Translations under genes and position numbers: made by a program
NCBI GenBank assembly: GCA_034780895.1
Contig: JAUZTB010000027.1
Coordinates: forward strand, 37,163,681-37,227,680
Reading direction: 5' to 3'
Source of the DNA: Rhynchobatus australiae
Lineage: Eukaryota
Length of the DNA: 64,000 nt
The notes under the pieces: model-generated
Databases searched by the model: none
Told to the model about the DNA's origin: nothing
The model's input: only the letters and a program-made list of their open reading frames with translations
Shown: positions 26,285-40,430 of the stretch, one piece after another
Position numbering within the stretch: position 1 is the stretch's first letter
How the letters are laid out: each line of letters opens with the position of its first letter

Positions 26285-27221
26285 CTGTTATCACATAATA
26301 GACTTGGTAGATTCATCTTTGAAATTCATTCAGGTTTGTTTTAAAAAATGAAACCATCATGTGCACTCTGTAATTCCTTAGGCCAACATTTAATTTTGCA
26401 ATTTTTCAAACTCCTGCCAAATTGGGTTTTCTGTTCCATTATTGTGTTTTTGGGAAACAGGCAGAAAGTTTATTTCAGACCTCAAAAAATTTTTAAAAAT
26501 AGCAATTGGTTCCAGTAGATTACATAAATTTGGGGCAGAAGAACATGTTGATGAAGAAAAAAAATTCCAAAATACTCTTGCTATGTAACCAAATGGAAAT
26601 GAAGTCCTAATACAGACCATTCTGCCCAATTTTTAAGTTGATATATCAGAATATTTTTTTGTATGATCTGCAGTTAGATTTCTCGATTGCTATTTATGCA
26701 AAGTAATAAACAGATATGTAATAGTGAGATATTACAGTGCAAATCAGTTCCTCATCAGTGTCTCTCTCATTCTGGTAAGCAGATGTAATATAATTACAAG
26801 CCAATTTCCATTGAGAGTGAAGCTCTTTACATGAGTGAGGTACTATTGCCTAAGGGTGCATCGCTGGCATCAATCAACACCTTGAAGCTAAGGTACCAAG
26901 TGCGAGCCTTTCTCCTCCAGTGCTGTTATTGCCCCAGTAACAGTTACCCAGGAAATACCAGAGTTTACCTCTAATTTCCTCCCATCTGTTCAGAGATTCT
27001 GCAATTTTCCAGCCACTTTCCTGCTCAAAACAGTTCAGGGAAGGCAAAGTGAATGCAGGGACTTGAACATACTTGATGGAACTGAGCAAGATGTGAGCAT
27101 TGATCGTCACCACAAAGTAACTCCTTTGCTTTAGCAAGGCCACTTAGTGTCAGGAAACATTTGCCCATTAATTCAAGACCTTGTTACTTTGTATAATCAT
27201 TTCAGATCAACCATTGCTGAC

Positions 27222-27375
27222 CTTTGGTAGCTGCTTGGCAATGTCTCCACCCACGAACACTGCTTCCAGATATATCCATAGATTTTGTACAGTCAACCAA
27301 CTTTCAATGATGTCTGTTGTGGTGGACAAGTTGTGCACCCACTTTTGAATAAGTGCTTTAAATGGAACATTGTAC
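27222..27375 (-). CDS. DNAH5: DNAH5-like exon (~ex30), 154 bp, YNVPFK...[23 protein letters not shown]
   Basis: Manual translation of the conserved linker motif [16 protein letters not shown]. Confidence 0.96.
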
Positions 27376-27479
27376 CTAAGGAAACAAAGTACTTGTGTGA
27401 AATAAATTACTTTGCCTGTGGTATTTAATTGTTTTCAGTTTTACACCATAATGGATATAAAGTAGAACTTTAGTGCAAT

Positions 27480-28890
27480 AAAAACCCAATAGGGAATTTA
27501 GAAGAAACATTTTCACTCAATGGATAATGAGGATGTGGAACTTAATACTATGGAGTGGTTGAAATGAGCAGTACAGGTACATTTAAGGGAGGGCTGGACA
27601 GACACAGGAGGGAGAAGGGAAAAACAGGTTACGTTGATAGATTTGGATGAGTAAAAATGGAAGGAGGGTCAAGTGTGGCAGAAACGCCAACATGGACCGG
27701 TTGAGCCAAATGGCCTGTTTATACCACATGTCCCACGTACATAGTTTTGTATTTGTTTATGAGAAGAGGGTGGCACTGCCAAGGAAAGTATTTATTGTTC
27801 ACCTCTACTGGGGTCTGAAGCAATTGTGTTAAACTTAAATAAGGTGAATTACAAAGGAATGAGATAGAGCTGGCTCAAGTGGACTGGGCAAATAAACACA
27901 ATAGCAGACACTTAGGAGAAAATCTACGACTCCCATCAAAAATATAACCCCATGAGNNNNNNNNNNNNNNGGGGGATATGCTGGAGAAATGAACCAACCT
28001 AGGCTAAACAAGGAAGTTAAGGAGGATATTAAGTTGAAGAAGAAAACGTATAGGAGGCAAAATTTCATGGTAGGCCCGGAGATTGGAATATCTTCGGAGA
28101 AAGACTAAAAAGGTAATCAAGGAGAAAATAAACTATGACAGCAAATGGTGTGAAAATATAGAAAGTGAAAACAAAATACATAAAAGGGCGAGGTCCAAGT
28201 GAACATAGCCCTTAAAGAATGAGGCTGGGAAAATAGAAGGGTCTCGTACATGAAACTGATTCAGCAGTTCTATAACCTGAATCCAGTGCAGCACATAATC
28301 AGGAAGGTTTTTATTTCAAGGGTATTGGAACTTACAAGTAGGGAGGTCTGACTACAATTGAGTGAGACCACACTGAGAGTACTGCATATAATTTTGGATC
28401 CTTATTTAAGCAAAATTGGAGGCAATTTAGAGAAGGTTCACTATTTTAGGAGGGATTGTCTTGAGAGGAAAGGTTGAATATATTGGGTGTGTACTCATTG
28501 GAGTTTAGGAGAAAGAGAGGGGATCTTATTGAAACATACAAGATTCTTTGGGGGAGAAACAAGGTAAATGTAGGGAGGATGTTTCCCCTCATGGGAGAAT
28601 CCAGGGTCAGAGGGTATAGTCTCAGAATAAGGGGATGGCCACTTTAGACCAAGATAAAGAAAATTTTCCTTTCTCAAATGCAAGTCTTTGGAATTCCTTG
28701 CCCCAGAAAGCAGTAGAGGCTGAATCCATTGATATATTCAAAACTGAGAGACAGGTTTTTAATCAGTAAGGGAATCAAGAGTGATGGGGATAGGGTGGAC
28801 AAGGAAAATTAGATCATCCATGATCTTACTAAATGGCACAGCAGGCTTGAGGGGCCAAATGACCTCCCCTTGTTCCTATTTCTTATGGCC
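27480..28890 (+). mobile_element. Decayed CR1 LINE fragments
   Basis: CR1 tail at 27.5-27.7 kb; YSLEFRR.RGDLIETYKIL relic near 28490 and a tail ending ...cctatttcttatg. Confidence 0.7.
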
Positions 28891-29979
28891 TAATTGTTCA
28901 CTGGATTGAGTGCAAATTTAGGACGTCCATTTCAGAGAGCATTAAGAATAGGCNNNNNNNNNNNNNNNNNNNNNNNNNNNNNNNNNNNNNNNNNNNNNNN
29001 NNNNNNNNNNNNNNNNNNNNNNNNNNNNNNNNNNNNNNNNNNNNNNNNNNNNNNNNNNNNNNNNNNNNNNNNNNNNNNNNNNNNNNNNNNNNNNNNNNNN
29101 NNNNNNNNNNNNNNNNNNNNNNNNNNNNNNNNNNNNNNNNNNNNNNNNNNNNNNNNNNNNNNNNNNNNNNNNNNNNNNNNNNNNNNNNNNNNNNNNNNNN
29201 NNNNNNNNNNNNNNNNNNNNNNNNNNNNNNNNNNNNNNNNNNNNNNNNNNNNNNNNNNNNNNNNNNNNNNNNNNNNNNNNNNNNNNNNNNNNNNNNNNNN
29301 NNNNNNNNNNNNNNNNNNNNNNNNNNNNNNNNNNNNNNNNNNNNNNNNNNNNNNNNNNNNNNNNNNNNNNNNNNNNNNNNNNNNNNNNNNNNNNNNNNNN
29401 NNNNNNNNNNNNNNNNNNNNNNNNNNNNNNNNNNNNNNNNNNNNNNNNNNNNNNNNNNNNNNNNNNTAAGACACAAGCTTTGCATTACCTGAATACTAAA
29501 TCTTAATATATCCCATCATCCCTCTGTAATTGACTTTTGCCAAATCCTTGTTCTCTGAGTCCTGGCTTATAGCCTTGGTTTCAACTATTCAATTAGTTCT
29601 TGCATTAACTAGTTCTTTGATTCCCACAAATCCACTACTGAATATTGAGAAAGTATTGACCGATATACTTAAAGGAATCCTCTAGTAACTCACAATGTTG
29701 GATATATACATTTGATTCCCAATGTATATGCCTCACCAAACAGATATTCTAATTGCTGCAAGTGACAGCAATAATTGAAATGCCCTGGAGATAGATAGTA
29801 CCCAAATGAAACACCAGTTTAGCTGGGGGATTAGACAGCCAAAGTCCAGTCAAAAATATACCAGAACAAAACATTTCATTCCACCAGTTTTGTTTGTTAA
29901 AAGCTGAACCATTTGGTTTCCTTTTACAACTTAAAGTTAACTAAGCCATTTATGTACAGGGCACACACTAGGATCTCAC

Positions 29980-30179
29980 CTGTTATTCAGGAGGGAACCA
30001 AGAACCATTAAACTATCTTCCGCAAAAGAGATTATCTCAGAGGTGTTGTCACCTCGCAGAAGCAGCTCACCACGTGATTTGAAGTTGGCAAATGTGAAGT
30101 ATCGATTATCCCACTCTGCAACGACCTGCTTCAGCTTCTGTTCAATGTCTTTTTCTTTCACAGCGCTGATGCAAATATC
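29980..30179 (-). CDS. DNAH5: DNAH5-like exon (~ex29), 200 bp, [19 protein letters not shown]...[14 protein letters not shown]
   Basis: ORF 29976-30161 plus upstream codons; canonical splice sites. Confidence 0.96.
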
Positions 30180-30937
30180 CTAATACCAAACAACAGAAAC
30201 CAAGTATCGGTTCACAAGCTTCCTCAAATCATTTTGTGATGGAACTGACCAGTTACGAATGAGAATACCACAGTCTCAATATTTTTCTTTAAAAATGAAC
30301 AAGTTCTTGGCAAAATGATGCCCATGGCAAAAAAAAAAGAAAATCAACTATAATGATTAATATTCATTATTAAAAAATAAAAAACAGATTAAAATCAAAG
30401 AGGAAATTGATGGCCTGATACAACAAAGCACAGAAGTGACATATCCTTGAATTTAAAGTTAAGTGAGCAAATCTGTTAATAGTTACTCTATACATTCACA
30501 AGGGCCTGTAAAATAAGGCAGCTTAGTAATTCTTGTGTAAGAAAAGTTAAACTTTGGTGGTGTTGTTAAGTACATATGTAGATGGCAATAAAACCTTGAA
30601 TAACCCCATGATCATTGCATCTGTTTGCAGCATAGAAAGGGTCATAATTGGGGTGGGAGGTAAGTTCCCAACTTGGACTTCATGGCCTGCAACCTGTTCA
30701 GGTAGTTTCCTTCCAGTAACTCTGTAGTAGTGCTGTGGAGTCCTGCTTCACCAGAATGGCTCCTGCAATCCACAAACCTCACGATTGGGTAAAAATCTCA
30801 GCCATGACATCTAGGCATGCATTGCTCATCAATGCATGGCATTGCAAATGCCTGGAATCCTTTGAGAATTGCTCTTCAAATGCATGTCAGCCCTGGATTT
30901 CAAAATGCACCTTCACTGGCATTAAATTGTATGAAAA

Positions 30938-30980
30938 TGAGAGTGAGAGAGAGAGAGCGTAAGAGAGAGCACGAGAGAGA
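30938..30980 (+). repeat. Imperfect (GA)n microsatellite
   Basis: gagagtgagagagagagcgtaagagagagcacgagagaga. Confidence 0.7.
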
Positions 30981-31887
30981 TGGTGTCATCATGTGGCGAG
31001 TGGAGCTGGACCTTGGGCATTCAGATGACATACTAAGAAGCAACATGTGGATGAAGAAGAGCAAGGGATGGAAGATAGATCTCCAGATGTTTCCAGAGGT
31101 ACCAACATGGAAGATCAGAAAAGAATTTACTCCTGATGATGCTCTGGCTATGATTAAACATGCAAGAAACAAACCAAATAAAAGCAGTTCTACTGATGAG
31201 AAATATTGGAGGAACACATTTGGTCATCTGTGGCAAAGACTGCAGAAATGTCAAAAAGTGGCAAGGAGGGTTAGTTCACAGAGGATGGCCCTTGATAATA
31301 ATGTTTTGGTGCTCCATCAGTAAATAAAAGCTTAATTTGAGCACATCAGACATGAAGACAACTTAAGATAAACTTGGCTTTGTGAGATAACGACTCATCT
31401 ATGGAGTTTGAAGAGGAAAAGGAGTTGGTAGATGGAACGATGTTTTGTAATATTACATTTGAACAGATATACAAGTAATATCAGAGGAAATACATTCAAA
31501 GGAGTCATCAGATAAATCGTTCAGTTAATCCAAGCCAGAAAATGGCCTTGATTTTCAAGTTCTTTCCACTTTGTGAATTGATTGTTGTTTTAAAATTCAG
31601 TCTTTGAAGTTATTGCCACAGACCTGATTATTTGATCATTTGAACCAGCTCACAAGGATGTGAAAACCAGGGCCAGGAAGCAGATGTACTATAACATTTC
31701 TTCTCTGGTTAATTTCACCAGGGAAGAATCACTTAAGCAGAATAAATTAAATTATTCTTTAATTTAGTTCTTAGAATGAAATAAAACTCAATTTTAAAAT
31801 GAATGTCTAGAATTTCCTTCCTCTTTTAACACAAACTAATAATAAAAATACATTACAATTCCAACATTTCTACAAATCAGAACACAC

Positions 31888-32128
31888 CTCAATTTCTTCT
31901 TTGTACTTTAAAAGTGGGGCTTCCATTATGTTGGACAATTTAAATGTTTCACTGTCAACATCGAAGTCTTGGTTCATGACTTGGGCAATGCGGTGCCAGT
32001 GACGAGGCATCATAGCCCTATTGGACATCATCTCTAACAGGGGACAGCTTTCGTTGAAGTCATCAATGGTCTGCTTTAAATCAAGGTAGGCTGGCCATTC
32101 TTTCAAACCTCGAGGCAATTTGCGGCAT
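31888..32128 (-). CDS. DNAH5: DNAH5-like exon (~ex28), 241 bp, [14 protein letters not shown]...[11 protein letters not shown]
   Basis: ORF 31870-32142; DHC_N2 motifs. Confidence 0.96.
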
Positions 32129-34514
32129 CTGAAATGTATCATTATTAGATACCCATCGATAGTAACCTATACAAACAAAACCCGCAATTCCGAAAGGGTG
32201 CAGCTGGTAACCACTCTTCCAAATGTTGCTGCTATGAGAAAACACTTACTGAAATAAAAATGAAAAAACTCTGAAAATGCTTTAAATTGGAGGAAGGGTT
32301 TTTAAAAATAATAACAATACTCTTTTCCTGAAATCAACCAAAAGGAAATATAGCCAATCTGTGACGGCCTGATTTTTACAAAATTGAAAGCTCTTCCAGA
32401 GGTGTCCACTGAGTATTCATGAAGCGGGCATTTCATATGAAAACTGAAGGTTTAATACCTTTGCTTAATTTAATCACTACAGAATAAAGAACCTTCCCAA
32501 AATAGTGATTTAAACCATCTGGAAAAGCAAGGGCAGCCAGCCATCCTCATCTGGAAATAACCCCATCCAAGGTCAACATCCAAGAATTCCTTCCAAACAC
32601 CATTAAGAGTTTTTTCACACCACAGACCATAGCTGTTCGAGAAGATGACTCACCTTCTCAAGAATAAATGCCAACTACACTCACATCCCATAAAGCAGCC
32701 ACACCAAAGGTATCTTAAATTGATAACTGGAGGCTGTCCAAAGGCAAGGTTTAACTTTCCTCATGAAATTAATTGTGGGATTTAGGAGGAGCTATCCTGC
32801 TCCTTCAGATTCTATATCACTTTGGCTGCTGTCCTGATTGATTCCACATGCCCAGAGTGTGCCGAGGTCTTCAATTAGCATCTGAAGAGACTTATTTTTT
32901 CCAACTCAGGTTGCCTACTGCCACAACCAACACCTGTATACCACTGATAATAACTAATCATGGCCAATGAACCAATTTGCATTGGCCCTGCTATTTGCCT
33001 CATTTGGTTTGCAAGATGGTTCCTGCACTGCCATCGCACACCACTTCAGCAACCAGTGTCTTTATTAAACACAACAACATGCATTGAGATCAAGCACACC
33101 AGCTCTTCTCCAGACATTTAAGAAGTTCCTGCCCTATGAAAATTCACCCCTTTACCCAAGTCCTCAGAATAACCAGGGACAGGCAGTATGTGCTGCCTTG
33201 ATACTCCAAAATCAAATAATAAAATACAAGCTTGCTTATAAAATAACACTAGACTGAGTAGTAAACATAATTGGCTTAAGTGTAATTAAAACCAACAATG
33301 AATCTACATTACAAATAATGGAACTTCCATGAAAGTCAATAGCAAGTAATTATAAAGAGAAAAAGGTTAGTGCACTTTGTTAGCAGCCCACAGTCTAGTC
33401 TCCTCAAAATGACTTTTATTCTTTAACATGGGTGAACAGCAAATTCTCGTCAGAATTTACTTATCTTCCAGCTTGTTTACTGAGCTCAGAGAAAGTACAG
33501 CAGAAGTTACGGAGATATGAGTTTCCTAACTACAAAAACAAATGATCAGTGGAGGGGAGAAGGTTCCTATCAGATCCCAAGCTGGAGACCAGCTGTTACT
33601 GCCATGACTGCCGACATTCCCCTCACTTTCCTGGTGAGAGGTGGTAGACTTGGAAGAATCATTCATTTCAACAACAAGCCAGTGACTAAAGTCCTCACTG
33701 CCAAACACCAATTCTGAAAATATTGGTCAAAAGAATGTATTTGTTCTCTGCTTAATGTCATTAATAAGTTCACATTGTTTTGTTTATAGGATTCATTATT
33801 TTAAGTCCTGTTGGAATTTTAAATCTGCACATATTGCAGTGGATTCCAAAGAACATATACAGTATACATTTTATATATGGCACTTTGTAGACAAACAACT
33901 GGACCATCAACTCGCATGAAACTCGCATAAACTTAACAGATTAGTGGCATCAATAAAACAGGAGATTCTATTGAAAGACTGGCAGAGATAAAATTATATT
34001 GAAAAGAATTTAATTACAAGTGAGGCATTAGAATAAGTTATTGGAATTGATAACTTATCAATTGCAAAGTAGCATTCCATGCTTTAAGGTTCAGAACGTA
34101 GATTACAAAATATTTGCTGTGTTCACAATTTTTATTCACCTATTTCTTAGTGTTTCTTGCTCAGCTGAAAAGTAAGGTTTGTGGGTGTGTCATTACCACT
34201 ATGGTCTTCAGCATCTACAAGGCCCAAACACAACCTCCTGTGTATGCTGATACCAGTGCAGTGCAGGTTTGACTGAACAAGGCTAGTTCAGTAAAGTCGA
34301 TAAAGTTTTGGCAAGTGGCATGCTAAGTGGATTACTGCTAGGTGAGTAGTTGGTGAGTGGAGGTCAAACATTTTGGCCCCTTAGCCAACCAGAAATACTG
34401 TTCTATTGCTGTTCTAATGCATATTCTATTAAACTCTTCAGTTCAGATTGATTCAGTTCTCCAGCATCAGCAGATATTCAATCAAGCTTGCCTGTACTAC
34501 TAAAAGTGAATCAA

Positions 34515-34815
34515 TCGGTCATGAAACAGGTCCTTCAGCCCATGCCAACTATTAAGCTCCCATCAACATTAACCCCGTTTTTATTCTTCCCACATTCCCA
34601 ACCACTTCCCCCGGATTCTACCTCATACCTACGAACTAGTGGCAATTTACACTGGCCAATTAACCTACCAACCTGCACATCTTCAGGATGTCGAAGAAAA
34701 CCAAAGCACCCGGAGGAAACCCATGTTATCACAGAGAGAATGTGCAAACTCCACACAGACAACATCTGAAGTCAGGGTCGAACTCAGGGCCTGGAGCTGT
34801 GAGGCAGCAGCTTTA
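34515..34815 (-). mobile_element. V-SINE (HE1-like)
   Basis: Reverse V-domain (aaaccaaagcacccggaggaaaccca...tgtgcaaactccacacagac) plus tRNA-like head (gtcgaactcagg..ctggagctgtgaggcagcag). Confidence 0.85.
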
Positions 34816-35148
34816 CTGGTTATGAAACTTTCCTGATCAAGCAGTCATATCAGTGATGATTTCAGCAATGGGTACATTTGTATTACACCAAATTATGTAC
34901 ATCAGAACTTTCATCTTCCTGATAATTTCGCTTTGCTGTTTTAAATTGCAGATTTGCCTCACTTCTAGCACACCTGCATAAGTTTTGAGCCCGGCAAACA
35001 AGCTGAAAAATAAGTAAATTCTGATAAAATTTACAGACAATTCAAAATGGCTGCCCGCTTCTTTCTGCAAGTACTTACTGCTCTCAATAAGTTCATATAT
35101 TTGTGTATTATCAGAAGAAAGTTGCATAGGATGAACAAGCTAACAAAC

Positions 35149-35387
35149 CTGTTTTGAAAATCCAGAAGCTCATTATTTATCTTCTCAATATTCACCTCAG
35201 CCCAGAGAATGTCGAAGTAGCTGTTCACTGTGTTGATCACATTATTGTAGAGGCCATAAAGTTTCTGTAAAAGTTTCAGCTCTTTTTTTACCTCTAGCAG
35301 CTGAGGGCACTGTGTAATCGGCAGCCCAAAGAGCTCCTCACCAGCAGTGTAGGTGACAAATTTACGATAGAGGTTGTCAAAACGATT
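35149..35387 (-). CDS. DNAH5: DNAH5-like exon (~ex27), 239 bp, [23 protein letters not shown]...NELLDFQNR
   Basis: GEELFGLP and [10 protein letters not shown] motifs; canonical splice sites. Confidence 0.95.
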
Positions 35388-36484
35388 CTGAAAATATTTG
35401 ACAGGAGATATTCTAATGAAGCTTTTGATCTGTGCAACTTAAGTCACCAGAACAACTCCCAAACTCTAACATTATGTATTCAGAAACATAATCTTTTAAA
35501 TAATCTCAATTTACCTCAGAAAATATAGTTGAAGCTTAAAGTCAACTCAACTGATGATATACATCAGTTCTCACAGTGCATTAGTCTTAGAAGTACGATT
35601 AGCAAAACTGTCTCACTAGAGACTACTATGATAAACCATTTCGTTTCAAAAGAGGGAAGAGATATATCCTTGACCAAAGGGTTCTGCTAAAGCAAAATAT
35701 CAGTTAATTCCTTTACATTGCAAGGACTATGGGAATCATATCGCTCCCTACAATGTAAAGGTACCAACCTTTCTTGTTATACTTAAATTTGAAAATGTGA
35801 TCAAAAATTTGGTTTTAAAAAAGCATACTTTCAGTAAATAATTCATTTAACTTTGGCGGATACTGTGTATTGAAAAATATATTTCTTGTCACAAAGCTTT
35901 CAGATGGTCCCTGGTGAAGCTAGTTCTTTTCACTTTTGTTAATTGCATTAACAAGCATAATAGTACCACTCTCCACCTCCCCCCTAACGCCTACCACCAC
36001 TTCAAAAAACAGATTTGTCCAGCATATCACACAAATTCAGATTCATTTAGACCCTTTGAGGATCATGCAATCACATGAATAAACTGACACAGTTCTAATT
36101 TATTCAGTGGTCTCATCTAATTAATTCACTTTGCATCTCTACCTCAGGGGCTAGATGAGTGATAGATGTGAGTATACACAGGTGGACCTCATGGCTTTTT
36201 CTAAATTGCTTGTGACCTATTAATAAATATTGAGCATTATGGATGGTACTCGCAATCAGTGTCACACTACAGCAGTTAACTAACTCAGTAACCATTGATA
36301 AGTGTTACAAGATTCATTATTAGAGTTAGTGTTTACTTGGTCCAACATAATAAATCTTGCACTCACAAAAACATACTTTAAGCCAAAATAAAACATGGAC
36401 CACTACACATTTTTCAATGCAATAAAAAAGATGGCCCCTCCCAAGGAGGTAATTAAGCTCATACAAGCTTTATGCTCATTATAC

Positions 36485-36547
36485 CTGATAAATAACCAAT
36501 TGGTCATTAGCTTCATGAGGAGACAAGCCAAGCTGCATGGGTCCTCC
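36485..36547 (-). CDS. DNAH5: DNAH5-like small exon (~ex26), 63 bp, GGPMQLGLSPHEANDQLVIYQ
   Basis: Not shown in this frame in the ORF track; resembles the GPM..GL.P.EASDRL..FQ motif; TTTCATTAG acceptor and GTATAA donor. Confidence 0.88.
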
Positions 36548-37595
36548 CTAATGAAATGGAAACACAGAAGGATGTGACTGTACAATAACAAACAGAATAG
36601 CAATGAATTGAACCCAAGAAATACCCTGACAGGCATAAGAAATGATGAAACCTTCTTCCTCAACCTCCACTGTTAATCCAAAGGCAATTAGTGAATCCAA
36701 CAGAATTTCAATTGCAACATCAGTTTTGTCAATCTCTCTCTGTTCATTAGATATTGCCTGACATATGAGTACTTCCAACACTTCATGTTTTTATTTCAGA
36801 TTTTGCTTTGGAAAACACTGGGTATCTAGGAGCATAGGTATAATAAATACAGCATATTCTATATGAGATGGGCCCCCACTATTATAAATCCCTGCCTATC
36901 CCATTTATGTTAGTTACCCTCTCACTTACCATGAATGTTTAGGTGGGATCACTGCTGGAGAACACCTCATTGATTTAAGGGTCTCCATTTCAATTAAACT
37001 CAGCACAGTAATCTGCTTAATCTTAGATAACTGTTGCTTAATGTTTTCATATAAAATGACTGCATCTACTGTTTCCATTGGAGCATTGAGCTGACAAGGT
37101 AACCTTCCTATAATAATGCCACATAATTTTCAGAACTTTTGTTCACAAGAAGTACCATGCAGTTTGGTTTGATGTTTATACTGTATACTATAAAATTATA
37201 ATTACAATTATTAATAATATCAGGTGTAGAAGAAAAGAATGCTGATCTTGAATGTCTGTGCCATTCACTTTGGGGTTATTACACCAGAATCTTATCCTAT
37301 CCTTACCCAGGTCTGCAATTTTCAACAGAAATGACAAAATAATACATGTCAGAACGGCACAACTTTTGGCCAAAAAATTAGAAACTTAACACCATACTGC
37401 TAACATCATTGCTTCCAAAGATCCACCATAATTCATCATAAATTAAAATTTAAAAGACAAAACATTCCTCATTTGTTATGCATGGCTATTTTTCTCTAAA
37501 GGGCTAATTTGGGGAGGGGTGTAAATCCTTAGTCCATTGTAGCTCTGTACTCCTTCAACAGCAAGTTTCTTCTTCAACTACTACTGTAAAGAAGA

Positions 37596-37810
37596 GACAC
37601 CAGAGACTGCAGATGCTGGAATTTGGAGCAATAAACAATCTGCTGAAGGAACTCAGCAGGTCAAACAGCATCTGTGGGAAGGAAAGGAATGGTTTACATT
37701 GTGGGTTGAAACCCTGATGCATGTTTTTAAACTGAAACGTTGACAATTATTTCCAAACCCCACAGATGCTGCTCAACCCGCTGAGTTCCTCCAGCAGATT
37801 GTTTGTTACT
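37596..37810. repeat. Palindromic Penelope-derived repeat with a degenerate hammerhead-like core
   Basis: Arms 37633-37678 and 37759-37804 are reverse complements; CTGATGC...GAAAC lies between them. Confidence 0.65.
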
Positions 37811-38565
37811 AACTTAACAATCCTGGTGTATTGGGACAATATTAATTTTGGCCCAGTTTATTGACTCCATACTTTCAATATGAAGTGATAGTACCAGGGT
37901 CATGTCTCCAACGACAATTTGCATGTACTTTAAACTTTCTCCACAAAGCTTAACGATCCATTTTCTGTTGTGGCAAGTGCTGCTACATCAGTGAGCCTTT
38001 ACTGGAGCATTCCTTTGATTCACTCATTTTGTGTTGACATCAGCACATCAGTTAAAACATCTTAGCACTGAACAGTCACACTGCTTGCCTCAGCCTTCCC
38101 AACATCAGCCCTCACAGGTAGTCTCTCCACAACAAGCCTTGATTGCTGTGAGACCGTCAGCAAAAAACAGGGATTCATGCCAAGTTCCTGCATTAGCAGC
38201 ACACAGCAAGAGGAAGGGGAAGGGTTTGTGCCAGGTTCCCAGCACAGCATGGGTGTCAGTAACACATCTCCTGACATATAATGCCATAATGATCGCTTTT
38301 TGGTGCACTGATTCCTGGAAAAACATCCTGAGTGCTAACTATTTGGCTTTCTGGTGTGAATTTCTGCAAACATTGCCTCAAGATCTAAAACTAAATCATC
38401 AAGACATTTTAATCAGTTCAATGTTACTTATACTCGAGTCCAGCAAGCTGGAGTCAGGTTAATATATGTAGACAAATCACTTATCCTTGAAGATTTATGA
38501 ACTAGGAAAAGTCAGTCCAAGTAGGTATCCAAAATATTATTGGGAGGAAATTGTTATTGCAGTAC

Positions 38566-38784
38566 CTTTTCATAGTCTTGAAAGAAAGTATTAGAATCTT
38601 CTAAAAATGTTTTAACATTGATGATCAGTTCAGCACGGAATGAAGGTTGTAAAGAAATGAGATGATTCTGCACTTCTGTTCCATGCATGAGAAGCTTTTC
38701 CCAAGTGTAACGCAATGTATCCACTCTGTCAGAATCCTCCTTAACAACTTGCATCTCATATTTATTCAGCATGGCAAAGAATTC
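38566..38784 (-). CDS. DNAH5: DNAH5-like exon (~ex25), 219 bp, EFFAMLNKY...RVDTLRYTWEKL...
   Basis: ORF 38554-38901; VDTL.Y.WEKL motif. Confidence 0.93.
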
Positions 38785-39819
38785 CTGCAGAATATTAAAA
38801 TGGAAGACTATAATGGAACAGCTTTTGCTTTCAATGCTCCAATGTCTTACTTTTACCTGNNNNNNNNNNNNNNNNCTCACTGACAAGAAAAGCTCTTTCA
38901 AAGTTGTCCCTGCATTTCATTCTGAAATCCCTGCAGCAACCTAGTTTGTTTATAATTCAAAGACGAATGAAAATAATTACCCAGCATATGTGAAACCTTG
39001 ATTTAATGCCAAAATTATTGGGCCAGATCATGCTCAGATGCAGCAGCTCAGTAGGGAACCACCGGCTATTTACCTCTGCTTTTTGGTACATTAAGGCGCT
39101 ACAGTGTTGAGGTATGGAACACCTGGAGGTCAGAACCACTGATCTCCTGCTCTGCAGCTAAACTCACCACTGCTTCCAGGATGTACTGAACTGGGGGGGC
39201 CAAATACATTTCATATCTAATTGCTCACCCACAACCCCAGGCATTTGAATCCACCTGGATGGAAGTGAAGTGAACATGTTTAATTTAATTTTAATTTACA
39301 TCAACGTTCTTAATTAATATTACATCGGGCAGAGAAATTTAGTGTATCTGCAGGGATCACGAAAGTTGAGAGTCCAAATGTGAAACAACAGTCAAACCAA
39401 ACCAGATACAGCCTTTTGAATTATAAATTAATTTGTATTAAAAGACTGTAACCACAATTTAAGCTGCATCTGTGTTTGAACAATGTTATTATTCTATCAG
39501 ACTGCTGAAGTTTCATTTCATAGCAATACTTCTACTTTGCATTTCTAATACCGACACACTGGTCCAAAAGGTCTCTGCCAATCTTCATGTTTCACACAAG
39601 TTTCCTCCCACTTTATTTCTTCTCACCCTACACATCTATCTCTTCTTCCTTTCTTTTTTCTTAATCTATCCTTATATCCTTTAAGTCCCCTCCACATGAT
39701 CAAATTGCACTATTGTGAATGCATTTAAGATTCAGGATGAGAAAGTATTAACAATGGAAGGATGTGCCCCAAAATTAAATATTATAATGGATTATTAAAG
39801 TATAGTTTAAATTTCCTTC

Positions 39820-40430
39820 ATCGAAGCCGCTGGTCTTGGGCAGTTTCTCAGGATTGAGGATGACTTGCTTCCACTCCAGTTTTGTGGGTTCTGCAGTGGT
39901 TGATGAAGCCAATATGGCAAGCATAGACTCTTCCACAGATGGGGCAGGAGGTAGCTGATGAGGCAGACAGTGGGTAGTTTGTGATGTGGTCAACTTCTTC
40001 TGCTACTTATGCAGGGCTTCTGTCTGCTCCAGATAAATGGCCTCAAGCTTCTCAATACCATCCAGAATGCTCCTTCTCCGTTTTGAGTGGTTCATGGACC
40101 AGAGACTCCCTGGAGTCAGCGGGAATGTTGCACTTCTTCAAGAAAGCTTTGAACACATCTTTAAGGATTTCTGTCTAGATCTACCTTGTAACCTCATCAC
40201 AAAACAGAGCACAGAAGAGTGTCTATTCAGAAGTACAGTGTCAGGCACGTGAACAACAAGGCCAGCCCAATGCAGCAGACTGAGAATAATTGGGACCTCA
40301 ATGATGGGCATGTTAGCCTGGGAGAGGATGCAGGCATTGGCTTCCTTACCCTTCTAGTAAATTATAGGATTATGCAGAGAAACATTGGTAGAAATTTTCT
40401 ATGCCTCAAATGGGGTAAGTCACTGTAAGC
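39820..40430 (-). mobile_element. RTE-clade LINE 3' fragment (decayed)
   Basis: Minus-strand relic LHWAGLVVHVPD and KDVFKAFLKKCNIP, plus a CPICG zinc-finger-like end. Confidence 0.7.

Noticed and set aside
36930-37000. Candidate exon with strong GTAAGT donor on the minus strand
   Set aside because: The translation has no dynein similarity, and the expected 63-bp exon was found at 36485-36547.
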